DNA of 64,000 nt from Chrysemys picta bellii (GCF_011386835.1 NC_088797.1:110670001-110734000); one strand, 5' to 3'. Shown: positions 25,835 through 40,255, numbered from the stretch's first letter. Numbers and translations: made by a program. The notes: a model not told the origin generated them from the letters alone.

Positions 25835-27414
25835 AGTTCTGCAAAGGAAAGATATGGGACTCGTGATAGATGCTTTAACTTTTTTTTACTTTTCACAGCT
25901 GCCAAAATAAGCTTCTTTTGATGTACACATTGTTGGCGGGTGTCTCTATTGCAGCATTCTACTTGAGGGCTCCAGTTGGGTTTTATCTTTTTTGTCACAG
26001 TCTGTAATTTTTTTAAATATCCGTTTCTGAATTTAATGCCTGAGCCTCCTTAAGATCTTCTGCACTAAAAAATTTAAGGTGGTCACATTTCACTCCAGTA
26101 ATCACATGGTTTTATTTTTGAATATTCTCCAGCACTTTTGTTTTAAAAGTAAAAAGCTGTATAGTATCACTTACTATTAGCAGACTCCTTGCAGATTTCT
26201 GAGAGTCCAAGATTATGAGCTCCACTTCTTCATAGCCTTTTTCCCCCACTGTACTTGATTTCTATTAGTAAAATACACAGCTATGAAATTTAGGGAATTT
26301 AATATTATTCAGCTTACTTATAACTGTATCCATTTCTCTGTTTTCCCCTCAGACTTCCACATTAACTTGTAGCACTTATTTTCCTAAGGTTGTTCTATAG
26401 TCTTCCGTTTATTCTTCTGCTACTGAATTTTTGCTCTCATGATGATTAGGTACAGTATGACCAAAAGGGTCAGATGAACCCCAGTTCTCTGCTTCAGAAG
26501 AGTGTCCATGCTATACAGTCTTTAATGCGGCTGTTTTCACTATTCCCAGTTGGTTATTTTTAATGGGCACTCCTGCCAAAAAGGTCTTTTCCAAATTATT
26601 TGAAACCACTTTAGCTTTATTCTGTGCCATAAACCTTTTGTATCTGCTGCTATATCAAATTCTCAGTAAATTTAGCAGCTTGCAATACTGGTCAGCAGCA
26701 CTAGCATTAGCTACAGTTAAATTGGTCCAGCAGGGTCCTCAAGACTAGTTATAAATCTCAGCCTTCCAATTGCCATAGTATGTTTGGCTCCATCAAACTA
26801 TGCTCAGTTTTATGTACATTTTAGAGAGTTATTTACTGTTTCTGTTATCTTGATCCTTGCATTTTGAGGGGAGGGGGAAATCACATTTCATATTTTCCCA
26901 CAGTCCACTTAGAACTGTTCCCTGCTCAGAATCCAAAATTTGTGAAATCATCCCACTTTCTCCCTTGCTCTCATATTGTTAAATAATACTTATGTGGCTG
27001 AGGTAATTGTTTCAGACATGTGGAGCAAAGCTTGAACTCTGAAAGTAGGAGCTGGTGATCTCTGGTATGATGATATTGGGATCTGGCAGAATGCTAAGAT
27101 GAGAAAATTAGTTTTTCCACAGTGTCTGTGTTTACACAATCAACTGTATTCCTGTGGAGTTGTTCTGAAAATATTTTAGTGTATTCTTTCTGCTTAGGTT
27201 GAAATAATGTTTACAAGTACAAATTGACTGTCCAAATAGAGTGCAGTGAATTTTATTCTAGTTCTTGGCTCTCTAATACCTTGCGTGTCCTTTCCCTCCC
27301 ATTTCAGCATTGTTTCCCTGGTTACCTGCACCATATTGTTGACACAGGACACAGTGTCAGAGAGTACTTGCAGTTGGCTATACAACTCAGTTTCTTCATG
27401 TTTGGCTGCTGTAG

Positions 27415-27941
27415 TTCATAGAATATCAGGGCTGGAAGGGACCTCAGGAGGTCATCTAGTCCAACCCCCTGCTCAAAGCAGGACCAATCCCCAACTAAAT
27501 CATCCCAGCCAGGGGTTTGTCAAGCCTGACCTTAAAAATCTCTAAGGAAGGAGATTCCACCACCTCCCTAGGTAACCCATTCCAGTGCTTCACCACCCTC
27601 CTAGTGAAAAAGTTTTTCTTAATATTCAACATAAACATCCCCCACTGCTGCTTGAGAACATATGGTACCACTGAGAACAGTCTAGATCCATCCTCTTTGG
27701 AACCCCCTTTCAGGTAGTTGAAAACAGCTATCAAATCCCCCCTCATTCTTCTCTTCTGCAGACTAAATAATCCCAGTTCCCTCAGCCTCTCCTCATAAGT
27801 CATATGTTCCAGCCCCCTAATCATTTTTGTTTCCCTCTCCTGGACTCTTTCCAATTTTTCCACATCCTTCTTGTAATGTGGGGCCCAAAACTGGACACAG
27901 TACTCCAGATGAGGCCTCACCAATACAGAATAGAGGGGAAT
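27415..27941 (-). mobile_element. CR1 LINE 3' fragment
   Basis: ORF 27495-27983 contains [28 protein letters not shown]...KRRMRGDL; 3' end ...attctatga. Confidence 0.95.
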
Positions 27942-29364
27942 CGTTGGTCCATTGACTACTGGAGCTTCCCTTAAAAGTACCAAATATTGAAGTAGTGCAG
28001 ATGTATCTTAACCCCCTCTTCCTTTGACATGTATGCCACTAGTTTCCTTCAACAGAACTGAAGAGGATATTGCCTGGCCATTGAGGATCAGAAAGATATA
28101 TGCCAGATTGTGATAATATGCAATATTTTGACATTCCTGGGCGGCAATCCGTATAGTTTTTAACTATTTCCATGGTGATATTATCATGTGTTGGACTTTG
28201 CTGGTGATGTGTTCAGTCCAACCACATTATGACGATACAGGAAATATTTAGAAAAAAAGTTTACACAATTATCCTGTTTTATGTAAGCCCTTTTGAGGCT
28301 GTGCATACTTGTAATACATGCCTTTGTTTCTCAGTTTGAAGAACTATCTTTCTCATGCTTGTCTGTCATTTGGATGTTATTATTTCAACTTTGGATAAAC
28401 ATTCAGCCAACTTAACTCTGTTCAGAGTCCATAAACTTGCTGTTTCTATCATCAACTGACTGAAACCAAGGTACAATAACCACTGTAGACTAAATAATGT
28501 TATTTATTAGGCTTGAAGAGGCCATTTGTTAATCTTTCTATTGTCTTAGGATACCATAAAACACTAAATATATTGCTTTGAGAGGTCTTATACCTCAATT
28601 TATTGCCTTACTTTTTATAAGGCAGATCATGACAGTCATTCGAATGAAATGTTGAATTGTTTTTTTTAATCCTCCCTATTCATACTTCCCAGAGAAACAT
28701 TACAGCAAAGTTTCTAAATGTTTCTGTTGTGCAAGCTGGGAACACCAAGAAAATCCAAGATGGCATTATAAGTGACAAGGAGAGAGATAATGTTAGTGGT
28801 CCGTTGAAGAGCAGCCCATTAAAAGTGGAATCAGCACTTCAAAAGTTAGAATGTCTTTCCCCATCTCCCTTCCTTCACATTAAAATGGTGCAGGATATTG
28901 TTGGGCATTGTGTTCAGTCATGTAAACCATAGAAATATATGCACATGTTCAGCCCAGGAGCAGTCATTCTTTAGGAATGCAGATATAAATAAAGTAAATA
29001 TGTACATGCAAACAAATGTCAAGTACCTGAGGATTGTAACCCAATGCACAAGATTCAGTGAGAGGGAGGGGGAATATGAAAAACAAGAAGCTGTGATGAG
29101 AGGGAACAAATTGGTTATGAGAGAGCAAATAAAAGATACTTTAGATTGTGTGCTCTGAGATATTGCATTATAGATGGGATGGGAGAGAGTGGTGGTATTG
29201 ATCCCTCACTATTCAGCATTGGGAAGATAGCATTTAATATGTATAATTCTGAGTAGTGCAAAACAGGCAAGCTTTTTCTAAAAGGAGGGAATTCAGAGAA
29301 TTGCAAAAAGAATGATAAAAGAAATGGAGAGCTTGGTAAGAAGAGAGGATATAGAAGCTAAATA

Positions 29365-29552
29365 CACTTCTACCCTGATATAACGCGACCCGATATAATA
29401 CGAATTCGGATAGAACGTGGTAAAGCAGCACTCCGGGGGGGGGGGGGGGGGGGCTGCGCACCCCGGTGGATCAAAGCAAGTTCGATATAACGCGGTTTCA
29501 CCTATACGATTTTTTTGGCTCCCGAGGACAGCGTTCTATCGGGGTAGAGGTG
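29365..29552. mobile_element. Tc1/mariner (Tigger-like) MITE, same family as 21416
   Basis: Same TIRs and internal sequence; TA flanks. Confidence 0.88.
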
Positions 29553-29684
29553 TATATATGTTTTGACAAAACTGTAACTAAAGGCTGTATAAAAAGTAAT
29601 ATTTGTAGCTACCAAGGAGAATGAGATTGGTTGGCATAGTCCAAGGTGGGGTATAATTTATATCCTAGACTGTACAATAGCATA

Positions 29685-29830
29685 CCAATGCAAGTGGTGG
29701 AAGCCCCTTTGCTTGAGACATTCAAAATTAGATTGGACTGAAAAATTCAGAACATATTACAGAGAACTTCCTGTCTTGGCAGGACAAATTTACCTGACTG
29801 GTCTTTTCCCTCTCTTATTTCTGTGTTTCT
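29685..29830 (+). mobile_element. Old CR1 3' fragment
   Basis: gtggtggaagcccctttgcttgagacattcaaaattagattggac resembles the CR1 3' consensus. Confidence 0.5.
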
Positions 29831-31049
29831 GCTAAACTATTTCATAAAAAATTCACCTGGCGGTCATTGATGCTTTTATAAACTTGTAAACAGCAAATCT
29901 GTTCCTACAGAACCTAGAATGATTACACTTTACTTAGGTAATGACACATTTTAAACCACCTTTTAGAATCCTGTTGTTTCAGTCTCTTGTGGGCCATTCA
30001 GATTTTTCAAGCTGAAGTGCTTTATTTGTAAAGGTTATTTTCCCTTTTTTTTCCCCGGGCACAGCTTGCTATGACTCTGGAGGGCTAGAGAGAAAATTGA
30101 GTTATGTCAACTCCTCTGTAATAAAGGAAATGAGTTCTACCATGTCTGATCCCTCTCAAGAGAGAATTTTGACAGAAACAGGATTGATAGCACTTACCTC
30201 AAAACAAAAGGGAAGCGGATTGTTCCTTCCCCTCCTCCCCCCGCCCCTTATTTCTGATTACTTCTGCCTTTTACCTAATCCCACTTAACTCTTTTCTTTT
30301 AAAATTGCACACCTGTCCTTTGGTGGAACATGCTGTTACTGAAAATTATTTGGGAAGTATTTTCTTCCTGCCTTCCAGTAACATCACTCTTCATTGTTTC
30401 TCCACATTAACGTTGTGTTAATGTAGTGCTCTGAGTTGAGAAACATGCATATTTGCATTTCAACACTTCAGTTTTAATGCACCTCAACTCACCATCCAAA
30501 GCAAACAGAGTATCCTCTGACCCCCTTTTCAAATAGATCTGATGGTAAGGAATATTATGCAATGTTAAACTCACTTCTGACTCTTTTAGGAGGAAGAGGA
30601 AGGGAGTTATTCTTTTATTTTGAGAGAGAGAGAGAGAGATGTTTTAAAGAAAACTTGATCTAGATCAGATTCGGGGTAGGCTATGTGCTCAGCACCCCTT
30701 TCCAAACATTGGAGAAAGCTGGAGAAAAGATCAAATCTACATCTCTCAGAACCTGTGGAATTTTTAGTGTGTATGGGAATTTTTTTTGGGGGGTGAGGAG
30801 GATTTGTGTGTGTATTGTAATATAAATTTTATGTACAATATAGATGGGGTGGTAGTACTGCTTATTATTAAAGTTACCGACACCTTCCATTATAAGACCC
30901 TGTTTAGGCTAAAATTGTACAAACTGGATGACTGCCTCAGCCTATGCACTTTTGGGGTGGGGGGGAGGAAGGGGAAGGGGGTTGGTGGCAGGCCAGGAGT
31001 AGAATTTTAAGCCAAAACAGTTAATCCATTTCTGAGAAAGAGGTTAGGG

Positions 31050-32310
31050 GAAAATGTTGTTTTTGTCCATGTCAAAAAAAAAAATGGATGTTTTCTTTGA
31101 AAAGCTTTGTCCTGTGCTTCTGAGCAGGGATTTAAAATTTGACGGGGTGTGTGGCCTTTGTGTCAGGGATGTCCCTGGCCATCTGTGTGAAAACTCACCC
31201 AAATTTAGACAAGTTATAAGGCTTTGAAAAGTCACAGTTCACTTGTGCTCAACAGAGACTTAAGAGTTTACCTGCTAAATTCCTTGAAGATTCCACCCTT
31301 GCTGAGCAGGATGTACCTCTAGGCTGCTGTGGGACATTCTGTGGGTCAAGGTCGAGGCATCTGAACTGAGAACAGGGAGCATGTCTCTCCTTTGCTCTGT
31401 GACTCCCCACCACCATCACCATGCCCAGCCAGCATGGAGAAGAAAGCTGCCTAACTTGAATGCACAGGGGACAACCACCAGACCTACGGGACAACAACCT
31501 ACAGAAAGTTGAGGCATGGGTGAATAGATGGGAAGAAGGAATCTGGGGGTGAAGGTGGTGGAAACAGGGACTGCAGGTTGGTGTGGAGAGGCGGGGAGGG
31601 AGAGGAGAGGGAAAACTAGGAGTTGAGGTGGTTGGGAGACTGGGTCAGTAGATTGGGGGAGACTGAAATCAGATGGAGAAACTGGGACTGGGAACCAATG
31701 GGGCAGGGGGAAGAAGGGAACACAGATCTGATGAGGCTCTGGGATGCAGGGGGTACAACCAGAACTGGGTGGGCAAAGAAATTGGACAAGAAGCCTGATA
31801 GCTGGGGTGGGGGAGCGGACATAGAGACTAAATAAAGAGCCATGTGAGGGGGATTGGGACTGGGAGTCAGTGGGTGGGGAGGAGCGACTGCAGGCTCATA
31901 TTGGGAAGTGAGAGAGAGAAGATGAAGAGCCATGAGGAAGGGGAATTGGGAATGTCTGGAAAGGAAACTGAGATGTAATGGGGAGGGAGACTGGGACATG
32001 GAGTCCAGAGGTGAGAGATTAGGATTTGCTGGGCAAGGAGATTGGGAATGGGATGAAAAGCCTGAGGAGTGGCGACTGGGACTCTGAGTGACAAGTAGGG
32101 GATGGGGATGAGGAGCCAGGGATGGGGAAGAGATGGGGTCAAGAGTCCTTAATTACATGATTACCATTTTTTTCCAAGGGACCCCTGCCTCATTCAAAGT
32201 ACTGCTCTGGGGATGAATCAGGAGGTGCTGTCTGTAGAACCTTGCCTCACTTGTTGCAGAAGTTAGAATTTGTGTAAGAATTTGCATAGTGAATGAGGCA
32301 GGGGATTACA
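31050..32310. repeat. Unclassified dispersed repeat with purine-rich interior
   Basis: GA/G-rich block 31540-32140. Segment 32147-32195 is the reverse complement of ~49455-49505. Internal 15-bp inverted pair cccctgcctcattca/tgaatgaggcagggg. Confidence 0.45.
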
Positions 32311-32790
32311 GGAAGATGAAGGCAGTTGAATGCTGACTGGGAAAATTATATTCTATCCCTGCTTCTGCCATGGAGGTCCTACATGATGCAGGACAAGTTA
32401 CTTAAACCAGACTTTTCACAGGGTGGTCACTAATCATGTGTTCCTCAGTCTGTGTACCTGACTTGACACTCTGCGGTCTGATTTTCAGAAATGCTGCGAC
32501 TGAAGTGAGTGCTATGTAATGCCAAGTACTCTGAAAAATCTCAAATTGGTCTCCCAAAATCAATGGATACTCTGTGCCTCAGCGCCCTGTCTATAAAACT
32601 GGGATAGTACCACTCCCTCATCTCACTGGGCTGCTGTGAAGACAAATTAATTCCTGTGTGTGAAACACTCAGATACTGTAATGATGAGCACCATAGGAAA
32701 GCCTGTGAGTAAATTAATAATTTTGTCTTCAGAGCAAGGGTTGGGTAGCGTGCAGTAAATAAAGCATGTAGCCACCCACCGAATGACAAG
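32310..32790 (+). mobile_element. CORE-SINE (MIR-like), interrupted
   Basis: ctctgtgcctcag...ctgtctataaaactgggatagta...ctcactgggctgctgtgaag core-like segment. Confidence 0.5.
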
Positions 32791-33404
32791 GAGAAAACAA
32801 AATATTTAATAGTTGCTTTTTAAGTAAGCACTGTTTGATTAAAATGTTTCCCTATTGGTTAATTCAGATAATGATCATGGGTTGATGTGTGAAACAATCC
32901 AAGTATATGTTTTTATGGTGAGATTTCGATGTGATTGAGGTAGAATTGAGGAATTTAAGTTTTGCAGAGCAACCAAGAAAAGCTTTTGCATTTATGAGAA
33001 GCAGTTTTGCTGGATGTTAGAACAGAACTATTTTTATGGAATTACTACATCTGTATAAACTTAGCTGATGGTTGGGTCATTTATGCTTGTTTAAAACATT
33101 AATAGGAATTTTGTGAATTATACCTTAATCACGAGGAACAAATCTGCTTAGTTTGTCCTTTCATTTCTCCCCCAAAAAGAATCAGTTCACTCTAGAAGTC
33201 GTATTATTTTTGACCAGTTGGAAGTTGTGTTCAGATACTGTATGTCTAATTTTTGCATTCAGTTCCCATAATTAGACACGCACATATAGCATTTGCATTT
33301 GTAAATAACTAGTTAAATGTTTAAATGGCTGCTTACACATAAGGATACCTCTCTGGAATACTCAGTTTTGTAACACAAGTATTGAAAGTTGGGCTGTATG
33401 AGTT

Positions 33405-33524
33405 GGATTTTCAAAAATATGGTAGGCATTGCACTAATTCTGTTCCAAGTAAAGTCAATGAGAGCTTTATTGCTAACTTCACTGGGAGCTGAGTTAGGCC
33501 AGTGCTGAGCACTTTTGAAAATCT
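33405..33524. mobile_element. Old palindromic MITE
   Basis: Inverted ends ggattttcaaaa / ttttgaaaatct. Confidence 0.4.
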
Positions 33525-34489
33525 CACCCTGTAGTACAGATATTTCCTAAAACAAGTAACACTATTGTTTAACTTCTCCTTCATTCTGTGTGTTTAGTTT
33601 TTCTAAGTAAAATCCATTTTGCCTTTAATAAAATCATTCCATTTTTGAAAAGCACATGAATATGAAGATTTTGGAGGAAGACTAGATATACATTCCTATG
33701 TAGTTTAACTACTGTAATGATTTGACATAACTCAGAATTTCCTTGCTTTTATAATTGTATACTTACTACCATAATCTAATTAATCTGAACACATTGGTAA
33801 TAGTTAGTTCTCACTTAGTCTTTTCCCCTGTACTATCCTTCCATTTTGGTTAAGAGTTATGCTGAAGTATCCATAATAAAAATAGCCTAACCATGGCATA
33901 TTGGGATCATGGTCAGGCATAAATCAAAAAGGTCAGTATTAAATCCATTTATATCTTGGATCTAATGTATTAGAGTCTGAGACAATGCAAACCTAGTTGT
34001 GATGAGGTAATTCCTAAAGAGGTACAAATATTTTTTTTTCTCAGAATAAAGTCAAATAAATAGATGTCTGGTTAACAATAGTGTGTTTCAAATCTAATAG
34101 CTAAAATCACTTACATCAAACAGTTCAAACTTTCATGTAGTTGTCAGTCTTTGTGAATGGAAGGGAATAAGCTTTTGGCAACGTGCCTTGGAGAGAAAAG
34201 GGACACTTGAAAATAGTTAACAGAATATGTGTAGTGCATTAAATTATATTTCCTTCAGAGCTATGGCACCAGAAGCTGATAAAACAGCAGACAGAAATGC
34301 AGGCTTTGCAAACGCTATGGTCTGACTGCTATTTATAATAATGAAGCAACAGTCTCTTGAACGTACTAATTGCTCTTAACTTTGAGTTTAAATCCAGAAT
34401 TATCTTACTGACTAATGTGGTGCTGTCAGTAAGGATAATGGGATCTGTTTAATATTAAGAATATGGCTATAGACACAGATTATCTAAAG

Positions 34490-34723
34490 CAGTGGTTCTC
34501 AAACTTTCTTACTGGTGACCCCTTTCACATAGCAAGCCTCTGAGTGAGACACCCCCCCCCCCATAAATTAAAAACACTTTTATATTTTTAACACCATTAA
34601 CCATTATAAATGCTGGAGGCAAAGCGGGGTTGGGGTGGAAGTTGACAACTTGCGACCATCTCCCCCCATATAATAACCTCGCGACCCCCTGAGGGGTCCT
34701 GACCCCAAGTTTGAGAACCCCTG
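34490..34723. mobile_element. hAT (Charlie/MER5-like) MITE
   Basis: TIR CAGTGGTTCTCAAAC / GTTTGAGAACCCCTG; perfect 8-bp TSD ATCTAAAG. Confidence 0.92.
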
Positions 34724-35381
34724 ATCTAAAGCACTATTGATTGGCTAGCTGGGTCTTTCTGATGTGTCACTCTCAACAGTTCATAGCTGGGACTTCATCT
34801 CATAAACGCACACAAAATTTGCTAATCTCATGTTCTGCGGGGGAGTGGGTGAATGTGGTTATGGAAGAGGAAGAAATGCAGCTGAAGGAGAGAAATCACT
34901 TCAAAATGCCCCCTCCACCAAAGTGCAGGCCGGTCCTTTCTGCAACACTTTGTGGATCTTTCAGACACATTTATCTCATTTTCTAGTGTAAAAGCTAAAC
35001 CGAGAACTATTCAATAGTTCAGATTATTTTTATGAAAGAGCAATTTGAAAGTAGCTGTTAGGCCAATGACTATTTTAGATTCTGATGATCGGAGTTTCCA
35101 AATAACTCAGGGAACCTTGAAAAAAAGTGAAAGAGGGCTAGAAAAAAAATTGACAAACTAAAAATATATTGAAAATAGTTGGGGAAATCAAGGTACATTC
35201 AACGATTCCCCACTTTAGCTTTCTTGTAGTAACTGCTTTTCCTAGTGGAAGGTTATGTCCCACAGAAGTGGTTAACAAACAAGATTTAAAAAAAAAAAAT
35301 TAAGTTAACTGAGTGAGCTGTACTCTAATAGCAGTAAGCCATAACAAGGTGTGCAGTAGTAGGTTCTTGGCACACTGGGGA

Positions 35382-35671
35382 CAGGGCCGGCGCTTCCATT
35401 TAGGCGACCTAGGCGCTCGCCTAGGGCACCAGGATTTGGGGGTCGGCATTTTGCCACAGTTGGTGGCAATTCGGCGGCGGGGGGTCCTTCCGTGCTCCGA
35501 GTCTTCGGCGGCAGTTCTGCGGCGGGTCCTTCACTCGCTCTGGGATCCGCCGCTGAAGTGCCCCGAAGACTGGGAATGCGGAAGGACCCCCCCACCGCAG
35601 AATTGCCGCCGCTGACTGGGAGCACGGAAGGACCTCCGCCTAGGGCGCCAAAAGCCCTGGCGCCACTCCTG
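35382..35671. mobile_element. GC-rich hAT MITE with internal tandem repeats
   Basis: TIR CAGGGCCGGCGC / GCGCCACTCCTG; perfect 8-bp TSD ACTGGGGA. CpG-rich, so probably young. Confidence 0.9.
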
Positions 35672-35927
35672 ACTGGGGATTGAAGACACTAGTCGGACTC
35701 AATAGAGTCATCAAACCTGGTAAATCCTATTGGTTCCAAACCCAGGGGTATGAAAAGGGTTTGAGTCTGAGAGAGAGAGAGATGTCTTGATCAGGGCAGG
35801 GCCTCCGTAGACCAAATGGCAAGGAGCTTCTTCGGCACCCCCTCTTCCATTTGTTAAACTTTTGAATACCTTATTTTTTTTATTGCCTTTGTAGCCCATT
35901 TCACAAGTTTGAGGCATGATTTGCATG

Positions 35928-36594
35928 CATAGATTCATAGAGTCTAGGACTGGAAGGGACCTAGAGAGGTCATCGAGTCCAGTCCCCTGCCCTCATGGCA
36001 GGACCAAATACCGTCTAGACCATCCTAGATAGACATTTATCTAACCTACTCTTAAATATCTCCAGAGATGGAGATTCCACAACCTCCCTAGGCAATTTAT
36101 TCCAGTGTTTAACCACCCTGACAGGAACTTTTTCCTAATGTCCAACCTAGACCTCCCTTGCTGCAGTTTAAACCCATTGCTTCTGGTTCTATCCTTAGAG
36201 GCTAAGGTGAACAAGTTTTCTCGCTCCTCCTTATGACACCCTTTTAGATACCTGAAAACTGCTGTCATGTCTCCTCTCAGTCTTCTCTTTTCCAAACTAA
36301 ACAAACCCAATTCTTTCAGCCTTCCTTCATAGGTCATGTTCTCAAGACCTTTAATCATTCTTGTTGCTCTTCTCTGGACCCTTTCCAATTTCTCCACATC
36401 TTTTTTGAAATGCGGTGCCCAGAACTGGACACGCTACTCCAGTTGAGGCCTAGCCAGAGCAGAGTAGAGCGGAAGAATGACTTCTCGTGTCTTGCTCACA
36501 ACATACCTGTTAATGCATCCCAGAATCATGTTTGCTTTTTTTGCAACAGCATCACGCTGTTGACTCATATTTAGCTTGTGGTCCACTATAACCT
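35928..36594 (-). mobile_element. CR1 LINE 3' fragment
   Basis: [43 protein letters not shown]; (AATCTATG)-type tail. Confidence 0.95.
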
Positions 36595-39500
36595 CCGTTC
36601 CAAAAAGTTCAAAAATGCTTTTTTCAAATTTAGTTTCAAAACCAATTTTCATCACAAGTGGTATATTTCTTGAAAAATTTAGCTGTCGACAAAGAAACGT
36701 TTTCTGACAGAAAAATATTATACTGGAAAATTTCCAACCAGCTCTACTTAGAATTGAAGTTTGATTGTATATTAAAATTACTTGATATTTTAAAAAAATA
36801 TTTGAGCAATATATTGGGCAAGGGAGTTCTGCATTTTTAAGGCTTTTAGGCTCACCTATTGACACATGGAATACATAGGAGTGATTTCTGAATGTTAGTA
36901 CAAATGGATTCAGATGTTTAGTTCTTTGTCTCTGCTAGTTCTGGCTCACCTCACTGACTCAGTGTAGCACAGACCAAACACAGTTTGTGAAAACAGAGTA
37001 GCTAGAGTTACTTGCAAAGCGCTCTCTTGGGGGCCAATAAAGTCTATCTCTGTTTATGTAATGAAATCAGGGAGCAAGGGTCTGCTGTAAGTTTTTTGCT
37101 GATGGGATTCCATTGGTATTGTCTTTCAATGAAAAGCCTGAATTTAATAAACCTTTAAGGCTGACTTACTCTTTCTCATGATGTGCTGCCTAGCCCTAAT
37201 GGATTGCTGTTGATGATTTGGGTTGTTTTGTTTATGTAGTGTTAGAGCTTCTCTTTAAACTGCTGGCTGGAAACTGAGATGAAGGCTGCCTTAATTCACT
37301 TTTAATAAAAGATCAATAGGTTTATTGTGGAAAAATAAAATACAGATGTAAACTTTACCTGATAAAAGAATTAAATGTGTGTTTAACCTTCCTTTCTTGT
37401 TTGTTCAATGCTACTGGTATTTAATCCTTTTTGTTTTTGAGACTATTATCTTTCTTTTGTGCTTTTACATTTCAAATTTGACTTAGACTGTGAAAACAAA
37501 CTATGCTGACTATTTTCATCTCAAATGCTCATCAAATCCCTCAGATTTTTCAAAATATTTAAAAAGTAATCTCCAGACTGAAGTCTCATTAAAACCTTTG
37601 CCCTTGCTCTGGGACAAAAGTTCAGAGAAGGTTCTGATGATTTTGATTTGGAAACTGTAAAACAAAAAATGGCAATGTGTGAATTGTTAATTTAAGTTTT
37701 ATTGTAAGTCTGCCAAGCTTGTCTCCAGAAGTTTCCAATTAATATCCAAGAATGCTTAATAATATCCTGAATGTCATATTAAAGATTTTTTTCTATTTTT
37801 ATATTAAATATAATAAGGGGAAAAGCCCACTAGTGAAAATAAAAATAGAGCACGTCTTATTTTTGTAAAAGAAATGGCTCTGTTTATACATGGCAGTAAA
37901 TTAGCCCTCTAGAAGGAAACATCAGTCTCAGAGAAATCTTTCAGTGATGATTGTTTTCAGTATCTTTTTTTTTTTTTTTAAACAAATCAATTGACAAGAT
38001 GTGTGATTTTTATGAAGACACTCATTTTATTTTTGGTCCTGGGAATGTTTAGGATTTTAAATAAGGGTTATTGAAGTGCTGTTCATCTTTTCTACAGGAG
38101 AAATTAAAACAACTTCTTATGGAGGGTAATCCCAACCCAAAATGCACTGACATTTTGTCTCCTCAACAAAACTGTTTTTTGCAAATTCCTGGAAATGTTC
38201 CCCATGTGGAATTTCCCCACAAAATTTTAATGGCTAGAGGTTCAGGACAGGCAATGCTTCGTCTTGGGACAAGGACAGGCATAAGCTCCAGTATCTCATA
38301 AATCACCAGATGAACAGCATATGCTACATCCCCTTTCTAATATTAGAGGGAACTTGTTTCTAGCTATGGTAGATTACAGTGTAGTGTAAACTGTAAATCT
38401 ATATTGAGATTGTCTAAATCTAAACAAGCTGAATATTGTAATTAATTCATAAATGTCAAACACCATAGAAGGGAGTTAGGATGATTTCACTCCTTTCTAT
38501 ATGCACACATCTTTTGTCTTCGGTATTTGTAATTCAGGTCCTTTTCTTTTAAAGATCATGATGAAAACTTTCAGGTGACAACCCAGGAAAAATATAAAGG
38601 GCCCAATTGAATGATTCCAGGGACTGTAATATGTTTTCCTCCTCTCTGATAAAATATACTCACTGAAGGATGTAAGATTTCCTAAGAGTTTATATTGAAA
38701 AAAACCTTTGTATATGTGGTAAATTTCCACCATGGTACGTGGGAATGTAGATATTTTACATCTATTAGTATGACTCATGGATATAACTTTTTTCATGCTG
38801 CAGTGAGTTTTAATGGCACAATATAAATAGAAAGCCAATATGAATTTAGCCACACAACTCCCATTTTAAAAACGAGATTTTTAATGAGAGATGTGAAACT
38901 AAATACTCAAGTCAACTTTGAAATTTTCCCAAATTTCTACTCTACTTAATATGTAAAGAATTGGGTTTGGGGGTATATCACTGAAATATTATGAGTTCCT
39001 GAGGGGAGGAGAGGGTGTTGGTGGGACTCTAAACTGTTATGAAGCTGTGATAGCCCTAAATTAGATTGCATTTTAATAGTATATCTTATGACAAAAATGT
39101 TCCGTCTGTAATGAAAGTTTGTGGATTTGCCAGGGATATAGTTAATTTTAATTTCAGGCCCCACTTTGTTCCTTTAATGTGGTGTTTTTTGACAGTTACA
39201 TATCACTATCCATTTTTAAAAACATCTTGGACTTCTGCTTTTGTACTTGCTACAGGCAGTGCTTGAGGTAGCCATTTCTTTCACATTTTGTGTTATAAAG
39301 TTTTGAAAAGTTTGCGCTCTGCCGTTGTGTTGTGCACCACTCAAGAGGCCCATCATCTTTTTCTTTGATTTAGAATCTGCCAGTTAATACTTTTATACCT
39401 AAAACTTCACCTCAAAACACAAACAATCCATGTAATTTTTCAGAGGGCTGCACGTTTATTTAATTTGCGAAACTCATGGAGAACCTTAAACTCAATATAT

Positions 39501-40255
39501 TTTCAAACCCAGTGTAAATGCATTTTAGGGAAAATTGAGTTAAGATGAGTGACCAAGATCTCTTTGCTTATGTAGATGAAAGTACAGTATCCAAGAGACT
39601 GAGCAAGAGTTAAATTGCCTTACCCCATTGTTTAGGTTAGAAAACAGCTCTCAGAGATGGTTACTTAAATATTTTTCTACTCTTGACCATTTGAAAAAAG
39701 GTGCTTGAATCCATAAATAATTACACTTGTAATACAAATGGTTTTTTACTCAGTGTAGCTGAAAAGACAAACTGGTTTCCAAGTCCCCTTATTGTTTCGT
39801 TGGGGTAATGGTGACTTAAATTGTGCTGCAAGTGTTACACTAACGTTTTATTCAACCAGCTCTGTTTAGAAAGCATAACATTTAAAAGTGGTTTAATAAA
39901 GCAATTTCTAGTCTTTGGCTTTAGAACATTCTCGTCTTAGCCATGAGCTTTAAGCTTATACTTGGAGTTGAGGAATATTGTTTTAACTTAATGTAGAAAT
40001 TTGCTTTTAGTAAAACAGCAATAATTACAAACTGATCCTGAATGATTTTCAAATGGGAAAATCAAGATCATATAATGAGTTTTTAAAGTATTTGTTTTAT
40101 TGCGTGTTTTATTGCGTGTTTTAAGCAAACACTGTATACAGTAGGCTACTCTAAATGAAAACTTCCTGGTTGTCTATAAATGCAAAGTAATCAGTTTAAT
40201 CCAACAAAAGGTATTGATTATACAGAAGCCTTAAACAAAACCCTACAAATTGGAG

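Noticed and set aside
25457-25998. ORFs containing X runs (also 47577-47957)
   Set aside because: Artefacts of translating across N gaps.
30954-30981. G-quadruplex-like G-run cluster
   Set aside because: Common low-complexity motif; no positional link to the exon or a promoter.
34251-34340. Acceptor-like tttccttcag followed by ELWHQKLIKQQTEMQ...
   Set aside because: No convincing donor; peptide unrelated to recalled ATE1 sequence; not in phase 0.
35400-35640. Tandem ~35-40 bp GC-rich repeats superficially like a CRISPR array
   Set aside because: Internal repeats of a hAT MITE with TIRs and TSD; no unique spacers; eukaryotic context.
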